A DNA stretch of 60,912 nt, filler included, from Stramenopiles sp. TOSAG23-6 (lineage: Eukaryota), in assembly GCA_900128565.1 (NCBI GenBank). It is 11 parts of 11 records of this genome, joined end to end, with 100 filler letters (N's around TTAATTAATTAA, not from the genome) between each part and the next. Parts side by side here need not be neighbours in the genome. Positions count along the whole stretch, not along the records: positions 33,369 to 38,812 come from LT636907.1; positions 38,913 to 44,347 come from LT636908.1; positions 44,448 to 49,876 come from LT636909.1; 8 more parts are not named here. One strand, given 5' to 3'. Below the pieces are notes generated by a model. It searched no databases. It had not been told where the DNA came from and was given only the letters and a program-made list of their open reading frames with translations. Position numbers and translations under genes: made by a program. Positions 33,491 through 45,078 of the stretch are shown in pieces (the stretch's first letter is position 1; every line of letters starts with the position of its first letter).

Positions 33491-35285
33491 TTATTGTTGC
33501 TTCGCTGGAAAAATAGTGCTGATATACATTCTTCATTATCAGGCCCATTACTTTCCTCTATTGGACCACTTCTCTCATTAGGCGCCAACTTGGAGAATGA
33601 TAATGAAATAGTTCAAAATATCTGTGATTGTACTACTTGTTATTTACGCTGTGCTCCTTTATCTATTGCGAATTTTGTCGGACCAGACGGGAAATTTGGC
33701 GCAGTCCATGTATGTTTTATTTTTTTTGAAATTCGTTTTTTTTTCGTACGAAATGTTGTACCTAACAAATTTTAGTTTTTTTTTTTTTAATATTTTTTCA
33801 TAATCCATATTCTGGCTTTATTGAAACGAATGCTCTCCGTACGAAACGATGGTAAATCGTTGTTCTCAGATGTAGCATTGTGTGATATTGGTATATGCAT
33901 TACACAAACAATTAGATGTTTTGGCACTGGTGGGTCTAAATATAATGTCGATCAAATATACGTTTTCATTTCAATTTCGAATTTATTTTGTTTTTTTCAT
34001 ACGAAATTTTGTACCTAACAAAAAAAATCAAAAAAAAAAATATTTTTTCACAATATATTCTTTCATCGGATCAGTTACGTGATTTACTTTTTGCTGTTTT
34101 GCAGAGACTGGTCATTGGTAAGTATGTATGTTTTATTTTTTTTTTAACAAAAAAATCGAAGTTTTTTTTTTTATAAAAATTTTGTACCTAACAAAATTTT
34201 TAGAATTTTTTTTGAAATATTTTTACAAAATACATCCCGCCATAAGAGAGTCTCTTGTAATCGTATTTGCCCAACTTATTCATTCTCATGGAGTTGAAGT
34301 CTTTATGAACGTGATAAATAGTATGCAAGCTCCTCGTCTAGATGTTGCTGCAACTGCACGATATAGTGAGGTATCAGGGGATACTCCGAGTGCTCTTGTG
34401 TGTATCCTACGAGAATTAATTGAGCATTGCCCAGTCATTCATTTGGAATTTGATAAAAAAATAGTTCTTCTTGCTCTTGCTAAAATATTGGCCTCAGGTG
34501 ATGTTCGATGTAGAGAAATTTCTGTACCAGGTGATGCTCCTAGTCTCAAAGGTCGTACTAGAGCTGCTGCTGCTGCTGCAAAACTACGAGGCGAAAATGA
34601 AGTCGCAAATTTAGTTCCTTTTATTATCAGAGCATATGTGTGTTTTTATTTTTTTTTTTTTCCGGTAAAAAAAAATCGATTTTTTTTTTTTTGAAAATTT
34701 GGTACCTAACGTTTTTTTTCAAATATTTTTCCAAAATTTATGCTCTTCTCATCCGAGGATTAGTAGCTGCAAAAGCTGCTGCTGCTCTATCTACCCTAGA
34801 TGAAGATGAAGACGAGTGGGAGTTTGAAGATTCAGACGGCGAACCTTTCTCCGATGATGAATATGATGAGGAGGAAGACATTAGTGATAACGTATGTTTT
34901 TGTTTTTTTTTTTTAGTAAATAATTTTTTTTTTTTTGAAAATTTTGTACCTAACAATTTTTTTTTTTAAGAAAATTTCAAAATATTTTTCCAAAATACAT
35001 GACGATAGTAATGGGATGTTTGGAAATATTATGCTTTCGGAACTCCTGGAGATGGGACATCAGTCGGCAGATTCTTTAAATGTATCGAATCATAGAAATG
35101 TTTATGAGAGAGATGAAAAAAAATATTTAAGTGAAATTGACCCATTAAACGATGTATCACTTATTGAACAACTCGGTTTGTTCTTTCAAGCGTCAATTCA
35201 AAGTGGTTCACCGATGAAGGAATGTATTAATTATATTAGTCGTGCTGATCAAGAAGCTTTGAAGCGTTGCGAAATTCTTCATTGA
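33491..35285 (+). CDS. IPO9: Importin-9, C-terminal part (introns 33710-33808, 33958-34058, 34126-34235, 34638-34741, 34892-35000)
   Basis: LRDLLFAVLQRL..AIRESLVIVFAQLIH..KIVLLALAKIL..GRTRA, acidic loop, DPLNDVSL. The frame is restored by removing five introns that all end in AT. Confidence 0.82.
33958..34058 (+). mobile_element. Repeat-family intron with AT-AT ends
   Basis: CAA AT|ATACGTTTTC...GTACCTAAC...CAATATAT|T CTT gives DQILSSDQLRDLL. Confidence 0.75.
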
Positions 35286-35435
35286 AAATGGTGTTGAAAC
35301 ATCTTTTTATACATAATAAATTAGTTTCGATTATATTTAAAAGAGGTCACATCGTCTTTATTATATTAAATACGTTTTGCTTATATTTAGATAAGTGAAA
35401 TACGATATGCGTTTGTATAAATATGTTCTTTATAT

Positions 35436-38400
35436 TTAGATAAGTGACATACGATATGCGTTTGTATCATTTTCTTCTTTTGAAGACTTGCGATTTCGTG
35501 ATCTTTTTGATGCTTTAGGTGAAGAACGACCCAAAACAAAAAGTAGATCTGGTTTCAAATTTTCTTCCTTCATCTTTTTGTGAACCAATTCAAGCGACAT
35601 GCCTTTTTTATGCATTTTTGCAAACGCCTTGTATCTCTTTCTCTCCTTCTTTTTGCGCTTCTTTCGATTTTTTGGTGAAACAGGTTTCAATTTTAGTCGA
35701 GATGCCATAAGTTTCCACTCTGCAGAACTCTGCAATGACAATAACGAAGATCCTACAGCATTACACTTACGTAACAGTGCAGATTTCTGGTCTGATACCC
35801 ATTCAACCCAAATGCTCACAGCTAATGTAGCTTTAGCTATTGTGCCTCCTGGTGTTACGAGAACCAAATCATTTGTTTCTATCATACTACCTTGTCTTCT
35901 AGGTGTCGATGGCACACATACTTCGAAACAATTATTTGCAGATTTAACTTTGAAAATAGTCAGAGGTACTTGCAAAGTAAACAATAATGTCGCCTCCTTT
36001 TCATCATAAATTGTGCTATCACCAATTCTTTTAGTGTGTCCATTAAGAATAGGATTGTCTTCATTATCGATTTCAGTTTCACCTATGGTATTATTACTCG
36101 ACATCACATTGATTTTTACAATGCCGTCATCGTGTGATGTGGATATTAGATCACATTGCCTTATATTATAAGCAAATTTCAATGTTTTATTCCAAACAGG
36201 GTGAACTGTTCCGCTTTCAATTTGTGTGTGAAGACTTTTGGTGTCGTCGTTTGTATGTAATTGTGGAAAAACAACTGCAAAAATATTTGTACTTCCCTTC
36301 CAATTGGACTCATATACCTTTCTCGCCGATGCGATGTGAACACATAAATTAAGCGCATGTTCATTATCCTTTGGACAATTTTTGGCATGTTGTTCTTCTT
36401 CTTCCCAAAAGGCTTTTACTCGTTCTATAGGTGTATTCGATGCAGTTCTTTTGACATCGAATTCCTCCTTTTGGATTTTTTCTTCGGGTTTCATTTTAGT
36501 ATTTTCATCTTCTGGATCTTTTGTATTTTCATCTTCTGCATCTTTTGTATTTTCGTCATCTAAATCTTCAATAAGTTCACCTTCTGGATCTTTTGTATTT
36601 TCATCTTCTGCATCTTTTGTATTTTCGTCATCTACATCTTCAATAAGTTCACCTTCTACATTTTTTGAAAAGACCCGTGCAATATCTCCTTCCGACTTGT
36701 TGGTTTGTAATATTTCTGATGAGGGCACTTCGTCTTCATTGTCTTTTGTTTCGTTACTTAATTCTACTTCTAGGTCTATGTCATGTTTAAAACTTTCATT
36801 TTCCGCCGTTTTCATAACATCTTCACTTTCAGCTTTTGCAGAAAATCCAGTTTTAGTTTCGGTGTCTCCACTTGCTTGTTTTGCTTCTATTTCATCCACA
36901 GAAAATCCAGTTTTAGTTTCAGTGTCTTCACTTGCTTGTTTTGCTTCTATTTCATCCACAGCTATCGCATAGCCCACTTCTACATGTTGTCTTGTTTTCA
37001 AAGGTAGTCTTTCATTTGATTTTGTACCATCTGATTCCTCTTCTGCTTTTGTCTCAACTAATTCTTCTTTTGCTTTCATTTCTGCTTTTTCTTTTGCTTT
37101 CATTTCGGCTTTTCCTTTTGCTTCCATTTCTGCTTTTTCTTTTGCTTTCATTTCTGCTTCTTCTTTTATTTTCAACTTTGCCAAATTAGCGGCTTTCAAA
37201 TCAGATTCTTTCTTTATTCTAATGCGATTCATAAAGTTCAACAATGTCCGCTGGATCACAGAAGCAGCGAGATTATGAACATCACTAGATTTAAATGCCC
37301 CAATAGTACCAATTACCATAGCCCGCGAAGATGGACGAGATGAGAATTTTAGAATGGACTTACTTGACCGTTTACTTTTGAGAATTTCCATTGCATCTTC
37401 AAAGTCTACAACTCCAATGGTATCATCATTATCCAATGCAATGAGGTACATTCCCAGCTGAACTCCTTTCGCTTTGAGTACTGGTTCATTTAAAAGTCCT
37501 ACGGCAATATGGCTTTTAACTCTTAATCCTAGCCCCATAAAACCCGCGGCAAACAATGCACCAATTGGCCATGTTTCAATGACTACTTCTATTTCTTTGT
37601 GTATTCGATTCATTACACTTTTGACATCTTTATTTTCACTCGTATCAAATACATTGGGCCTTGACCACCGCATTGACAGTGTACCCACGGACTCGTCTAT
37701 TGTACCATGCTCTCTAATAGCAAGTATTTTTATATGTTGAATTCTTTCTGATGATACACCTGATAGACTTAATTTACATTCTGCGAATGGTTTTATAGTT
37801 TTCTTGACAGATTTACCAGAAGTGGAGTTACTATACGAAACATGCAATAAACGAAAATCGATTTCTGGTTGTTGTATTCCACTGCAACTGAGAAAAAAAT
37901 GTTTATTCCATGTTATATTTTTTGCTTTTGGTACTTTTTCTGTGGATGCAGAGAGTACTTCATCAGTCATCAAATTAAATTCCTCTTTTTCTGTAAAAGT
38001 AGTATTTTTTTCGCCCACTAAAAGTTTACAAATTACTTTGCGAGATTCTCTAAATAATGCTGGATTCGGAAGATTACTCGCACTAAATAAAGATACCCTA
38101 ATAATTGAACCAGGTAATGTTTTCTTGTTTTGTATATTTGCATCTCTCAATTCTAAAACTTGGAGACTTGCTGACTTCTTCCGGAAAATGGATTGGATTT
38201 TTACAACCGATGTATTATATGGATCACATTCAACAGCATGCGCGATTGACTTTGCCCACTCGATAATTTCCAATGGTGGCCGCATAGTAAATCTAATTTG
38301 TAGTTTATGCTTACGCTTTACTTTCGCTGTAGATAAGGATTGTATGACCTCGTGGTAATTACCGCTGGTTATATGTGAATCGCCGTTGATGGCATTAATA

Positions 38401-38731
38401 TACATTCCTAATTCTACGCCATTTTTTTCACATAAAAATGGCTCTCCATTTGACTTTAAAATAAAGCTCTGCACTCTGGCACCACGGCCTCCATATCCTG
38501 GCATAAGATTCATACCAAGTTTTTCACGCCTCTTTGTAAGAGTGACATCTATTGTACGCCCACTGCGAGGCGCCACTAAACAATGGCTAACTAATTGAGA
38601 AACAACGGCCTTCTGCCATGACAGCATCATTGAACAACCAGGGAGTATGAAGCTGTATGAGTCAGGTAATAAAGACATTATAGGAACATTGATAGCCCCT
38701 TTCGAAGAACGACATTTTTGAATGGCAGTAG
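35436..38731 (-). CDS. Large PDZ, IQ and C2 domain protein with acidic tandem repeats (5'-partial)
   Basis: Two PDZ-like units (KLGMNL..GVELGMYINAING; GVQLGMYLIALD), IQ motifs (VVKIQSIFR, ASVIQRTL), two C2-like units, and EAEMKAK and EDENTKD repeats. Confidence 0.7.
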
Positions 38732-38971
38732 ATGTATTGTGAAAAAAAGTTTAGTTGAAAAAATCGTTAGGTACGAAATTTCGTATGAAAAAAAAATAAA
38801 TTAGAAATTCATNNNNNNNNNNNNNNNNNNNNNNNNNNNNNNNNNNNNNNNNNNNNTTAATTAATTAANNNNNNNNNNNNNNNNNNNNNNNNNNNNNNNN
38901 NNNNNNNNNNNNAAATTTTGTACCTAACAAATTTAAGTTTTTTTTTTTTGAAATATTTTTCCAAAATATAT

Positions 38972-39845
38972 GCGGATCTGCAGATCTTACTCCATCCAAT
39001 ATTACAATGAACGAACATTGGGGTGGTGATTTTCAAAAATCAACTCCAAATGGTCGTTATATTCGATTTGGTGTACGTGAACATGCGATGGCAGCTGTTT
39101 GTAATGGCATGTATGTTTTTTTTTTTTTTTTTTACCGAAAAAAACAAATCGAATTTTTTTTTTTGGTTTCGTACGAAATTTTGTACCTAACAAATTTGAG
39201 TTTTTTTTTTTGAAATATTTTTCCAAAATACATGTATGCTTTTGGTGGAATTGTACCAGCATGTGCTACATTTCTCAATTTTATTGAATATGCTTATGGA
39301 GCAGTGAGGCTCTCAGCATTGAGTAAAATGTATGTTTTATTTTTTTTTTTTTTTGTATGAATTTATTTTTTTTATAGTACATTTTGTACCTAACGATTTT
39401 TTTTTATAGAAAATTTTGAAATATTTTTTTTTCGTACGAAATTTTGTACCTAACAAACAATTTTAGATTTTTTTTTGAAATATTTTTCCAAAATACATGC
39501 GTGTCTTATATATTATGACACATGACTCCATTGGTCTTGGTGAGGATGGTCCAACCCATCAACCTGTGGAAGCATTGACAATGTGTCGTGCTACTCCAAA
39601 TTTATTGGTTTTTCGACCTGCTGATGGTAATGAAGTTGCAGGATCCTATTTACAAGCTCTTTCATCTGTGAATTCACAAACACCTTCCGTATTGGCTCTC
39701 TCCCGGCAAGGGACTCCAATTCTTCCTGGATCATCAGCTTCATCTGTTGCTTATGGAGCCTATATCATTGATAAAGAAGAACCAAACACAGATGGATCTG
39801 CACCTGCATTAACATTTGTTGCATCAGGAACTGAAGTTGCTTTAT
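38972..39845 (+). CDS. TKT: Transketolase, internal exons (GT-AT introns 39111-39233 and 39330-39498)
   Basis: [47 protein letters not shown] and [18 protein letters not shown]. Confidence 0.97.
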
Positions 39846-39978
39846 GTATGTTTTATTTTTTTTTAAATTTTTTTTTTCTGTAAAAATAATGTTTTTTTTT
39901 CGTACGAAATTTTGTACCTAACAATTTTTTTTTTTTTTTTGGTAAAAACATTTTTTGAAATATTTTTCCAAAATACAT

Positions 39979-42143
39979 CTGGACAGCATCCACAGCTAGG
40001 GATCTTGTAGATGGCTTCAAACATTTTTGGGACGGCTCCAAGCTTTTATTTGCTGATATAAAAGTTGGTACGAAATTAGTTGGTCGTGTAACACAAGGAC
40101 ATTCTCTTACTCGTCGAGAACGCAGACAGTTAATACGCACAGTCAATGACGTCATGTTAATGGTTCCTGTATGTTTTATTTTTTTTTTGTTTTCGAAAAA
40201 AAAAAAAAAAAAAAATCAAATTTTTTTTTCGTACGAAATTTTGTACCTAACACATTTTTTTAGATTTTTTTGAAATATTTTTCCAAAATACATGTGTCTG
40301 TGTTTTTCTTAGTGCCATTTCTTGAATTTTTACTGCCCGTTGCCATCAAACTTTTTCCCGGGATGTTGCCGTCTACTTTCACTACTGAGTTGAAGCGACA
40401 GGAAAATATGAAGAAACAATTGTCTGCACGTGTCGCACTGGCAGGGTTTTTACAGGAAGCAACGACAACGTATGTTTTATTTATTTTTTTAACCGAAAAA
40501 AAAAAAATCGATTTTTTTTTCGTACGAAATTTTGTACCTAACAATTTTTTTATAATTTTTTTTGAAATATTTTTCCAAAATACACAATGGCAAATGATAT
40601 CAAGAAGAAAAAGTCTGGCGAACTTGCAGCTACGGCGTCTGATTTACTAGGTATTATTGAAAGTGCGCGTAATGGGGAACCAATGAGTAATGATTCTTTA
40701 CTAACCATGACACAAATGTATGTTTCAATTTGTTTCAAATTTTTTTTACATTTTTTTTTTTTTTTTATTAATTTTTTTTTTCATAGTAAATTTCGTACCT
40801 AACAATTTAAAAAAAATATATATATTTTTCACAATACATGTTTAAAGACGAAATTACATTGGGATCAATGCAACGTTCTCAATTATCTGCTTTATGTCAG
40901 TATATGGGTCTAAAATCGTATGGTACAGACGCTGTTTTGCGTGTTCGACTACGATCTGCCTTACGAACGATCAAGCACGATGATCGTCTGATTATGTATG
41001 TTTTATTTTTTTTTTTTCCGGTAAAAAAAAAATCGATTTTTTTTTTTTTGGTTTCGTACGTAATTTTGTACCTAACAAATTTTCAAAATTTTTTTTGAAA
41101 TATTTTTTCAAAATACATGTATGAAGGAATTGATTCTATGAATAAGGATGAATTACAACAAGCTTGTGCTGAACGTGGAATGCGTTCTACAGGTCTAACA
41201 AAATGGGGTTATAAAAGAATTTTACACGATTGGTTGGATTTATCAATTACACATAAAGTTCCAACATCAATGCTTATCCTTTCAAGGGCGTTAAATATTA
41301 CTGCCAAAACTGAGCGAATGGAAGCTATAGCTCAATCTCTTGCGGGCATGGATGATGAAGTTGTTAAAGAAGCTGTCCTGGAAGCAGCTGTGGACAATTC
41401 ACCTTCTTTAAAGCTTGATACACTACGTATACAACAAGAATTGATTGAAGAAGAACGTGAGCAGGCTGAATTCATTGAAGAAAAGAAAAGAGAAGCAGAA
41501 GAGGCGGAATTAATTAAAGAAAAGCAAATGGAGACTTTAGAAGCCGATGTTTCTGTTATGACTCCTGATGAATCTCTACAAGACATATCAATATCAGAAA
41601 AAGATACATCTATTAGTCTTGAAACTATTATTGACAGAGAACGAAGTAAAGTTGTGAAAGAATCACGAAAAGAAATTGATGATGCGATCCAAAGAGATAA
41701 AATTAGAGATGCAAAGGAGGCTTTAACTATTGATCCATCGGAGATATTAGTTGATCCAGCAGCGGCGACAGTACTCGATGATAAGTCAAACACTGTAGAC
41801 AATAGAAATAACAATGATAAAGATGATGAGGAAGAAAAAGCATTGGATAAACTCAAGGCATGTTTTATTTTTTTTTTTCAATTTTTTGTCAATTTTTTTT
41901 TTCATAGTAAATTTTGTACCTAACGATTTTTTTTATTTTTTTTACGAAAAAAAAAAAAAATATTAATTCACAATACATGCATCTGATTTAGAAGTATTGA
42001 ATTTATTAATGTCCGATTCTGCGATGGATGCAGAGAGAGGTCGAGTTGCTGAAATGCTACTTCAACAAGAAAAACTTGAAAGGGAAAGAGTTGAAGATGA
42101 AGAAGAAGAATTGCAGGAACTTGCGAATGTCTTGGAAGAACAT
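39979..42143 (+). CDS. LETM1: LETM1/MDM38 mitochondrial inner-membrane protein, partial (introns 40169-40293, 40470-40585, 40718-40839, 40996-41118, 41858-41978)
   Basis: KHFWDGSKLL..LTRRERRQLIRT..VP|VSVFFLVPFLEFLLPVAIKLFPGMLPSTF, DDRLI|MYEG and ELQQACAERGMRS. Confidence 0.95.
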
Positions 42144-42293
42144 GTATGTTTTATTTATTTTTTTTTCGTAAAAAAAAAATTGAATTTTTTTTTTTTTTTT
42201 TTTTTTTTCGTAAAAAAAAAAAAAAATTTTTGTACCTAACAATTTTTTTTTTTTTTGGTAAAAAAAATTTTGAAATATTTTTTCATAATTCAT

Positions 42294-43718
42294 TAATATT
42301 GGAGGTACAGCTTCTGCAGGCAAAGGAGGTTCGTTTTTTTTTAATACGTTTGATGAGAGATTTATGCTCAAAACAATTAGTTTAAAAGAATTGAAAGTTT
42401 TAGAAGAATTAATTGAAAATTATCCTCAACCAAAACTGAAAAATAATAATAATACCCGATTTGCTTATATAAGAAGACAATATCAAAATGATCCCAAAAA
42501 TAATCAAAATATAGATTCGAACCGCGATGATTGGACACTTTCTTATACAGATTATGTATGTAAACATCGACATGTAGGTTTTATTTATTCAATGTATTAA
42601 TTTATTTCAATTTTTTATCCATTTTTTATCCATTTCAAAAATGTTTTTTTTNGTTTTTTTTNCATTTTTTTTTTTGAAATTTCAAACCTAACAAAAAAAA
42701 AATAAAAAAANANAAATAAATAAATACAATACATGAATCGTTATTGATGAAAATTGTNGGTTGTATCACATTAACAATGAAAGAATATGGCCATCATAAA
42801 CAACATTTCTTAATCTGTTCAAATATTTTCCCTCCAACGTGTATGTTTTTTTTTTTTTTCAAATTTTTTACCTAAATATTTTTTTCATAGGAAATTTTGT
42901 ACCTAACAATTTTTTTTTTTTTTTTTACGGAAAAATTTTTTTTTGAAATATTTTTCCAAAATACATCTGTTGAATATGTTGATGAAAAATATGACTTAAA
43001 AGGTTCAGTCATAAATCGTGGATCAAAACAACCAGCCGTTGGAACGAGACAGGTTTGTAAGCATTGTCATAGAGGTTTTACTGTTGTAGATGTACGTTTT
43101 TTTTTTTTTCAATATCNTATTCCAAATAGTACGAAATTTTCATACAAAAAAAAAAAAAATATTTTGTATTTTTTTTTCAATACCACAAAATTTTCATACA
43201 AAAATTTTTTTATTTTTTTTATTTTTTTTATTTTTTATTTTTTTTGAATTTTTTGAATTTTTTTTTTCACAACACATGTCAATCCAATTGAATTATATAA
43301 AAAGCATGTCGCCACTCGATTAGAAAAGTTAGCATCATGTATGTTTTATTGTTTTGAAAATTTGAAATTTTGGAAATTTGAAATTTTTTTTTTCGTACGA
43401 AATTTTGAAAATTTGAAAAGTTTTTTTTCGTACGAAATTTTGTACCTAACGTTTTTTTTAGATTATTTTTTTAAATATTTTTCCAAAAATACAGTAGACG
43501 ATTGGAATGAAAATTCAAGAAAATCAATTACCTTACATTTAAGTGAAGAAGATCAAATTATTTCTACTGANAACCCTATCCCTAACCACTATCTTTATAA
43601 TAATAATAATAATAATAATTCAATTGATGTGGATATTGAAAGCAACAATAGTAGACATCATAACAGAAACATTTCAATAGATACGAAATATTGTATCCAC
43701 AATGAAAATAATACTACA

Positions 43719-43749
<31 letters not shown>

Positions 43750-44250
43750 CAAAAGACAAAAATTCATGTCTGTTTTATTTTTTTTTTTAAATTTGAAATT
43801 GAATTTTTTTTTTTTTTTTGTTTTTATAAAAATTTTGTACCTAACCCTAAATTTTAGTTTTTTTTGAAATATTTTTCTAAAATAAATGTCAGACTTTGTT
43901 CCATAGAATATTTTGTGGATTTTGTGGAATATTTCAAAAAAAAAAAAAAACATTTTTTTAAAAATTCTGTAGTATCAAGAGAAAGAGCATTATCAGCTTC
44001 AAATGTATATTGTTCCGCTGGTTCAAGATATCATGAACCGAGTACGTGTAACCCTAACCCTAATTTTCAATTTTATGTTTCATACGAAATTTCGTACCTA
44101 ACTAAAAAAAAAAAAAAAAATTAATGAAAATTAACGAAAATTAATTTTTTTTTGAAATATTGTTTCACAATATTTTGGTACTTTTGAAAGATAATGACTT
44201 AAAAAATCGAATTATACTTAGTAAAAAATCTGTTACTCATTTAAGGAGAA
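42294..44250 (+). CDS. Phosphatidylinositol-phosphate kinase (PIP5K family), multi-exon, partial
   Basis: SAGKGGSFFFNTFDERFMLKTI, SLLMKI, SNIFP, EKYDLKGS and TLKDNDL. Confidence 0.85.
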
Positions 44251-44447
44251 TATATGTTTTATTTTTTTCAATGTTTTGTCAACATTTTTTTTTTTTTTTT
44301 TTTTTGGTAAAAAAATTTTGTACCTAACAATTTTTTTTAGATTTTTTNNNNNNNNNNNNNNNNNNNNNNNNNNNNNNNNNNNNNNNNNNNNTTAATTAAT
44401 TAANNNNNNNNNNNNNNNNNNNNNNNNNNNNNNNNNNNNNNNNNNNN

Positions 44448-44679
44448 CTTAGAAGTATTGAAATGGTTAAGAAGTCAAAATCCACCTTGTCCATGGAATG
44501 AACTGACGTGTAGTGAAGCAGCTAAATATGGTCACTTGGAAGTATTACAATGGGTAACAAGTCAAAATCCACCTTGTCTGTGGGATGAAGGCACATGTAT
44601 TATTGCAGATGCAAAAGGTCACTTGGAAGTATTACAATGGTTAAAAGAAGTAAAAGCACCAGGATATCAAAATTATTAG
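44448..44679 (+). CDS. Ankyrin-like repeat protein, C-terminus (5'-partial)
   Basis: Repeated LEVLKWLRSQNPPCPW..AAKYGHLEVLQW. Confidence 0.75.
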
Positions 44680-45078
44680 TATTTCAAACTCCATTGGGTT
44701 CAAAGAGTATATTATATATATGATATACAACCGAATTAGCTAATAATAAAATCATGGTAATATATTTAAAATTTAAATGTATGATATATATAATTGTAAT
44801 AAAACTATAATCTATGATCTTCTCAGACGTATTTGAGTAATATAATTTACTATATAATTGTAATATTTTATAGATATGTACAAAACTGTCACATTTATGC
44901 TCTCCCTTTTTATTTTTCAGAATATGATGGCCTTCTTTTTTTTTGCAAGTTCGATTAGAGATGCATTTGAGATTGATGATTTCAGTTCGATTGAGTTGTT
45001 AGTTAAATAATTTCAAATTTCGAAATTGGTATTTTTATTATCAAATCTTAAAAATGAATAAATGAATGAGATTCTCAA

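Noticed and set aside
33369-35285. Elements as ciliate-like IESs excised from DNA
   Set aside because: Sense orientation in host genes plus donor-like GTATGT and branch-like CTAAC favour RNA splicing; not formally excluded without reads
38913-42293. Regularly recurring repeat as a CRISPR array or attC cassette array
   Set aside because: The spacers are consecutive exons of eukaryotic genes, the repeats vary in length, and there is no cas gene or integrase
11093-44124. Many short Phe/Lys-rich ORFs (ILYLT, RNFVPN, KYFSKI) as a protein family
   Set aside because: They are translations of the intron repeat and homopolymer tracts
38972-44250. Genuine transketolase-LETM1-PIP5K fusion protein
   Set aside because: Junction phases are incompatible, each gene is truncated, and base composition shifts at the LETM1-PIP5K join
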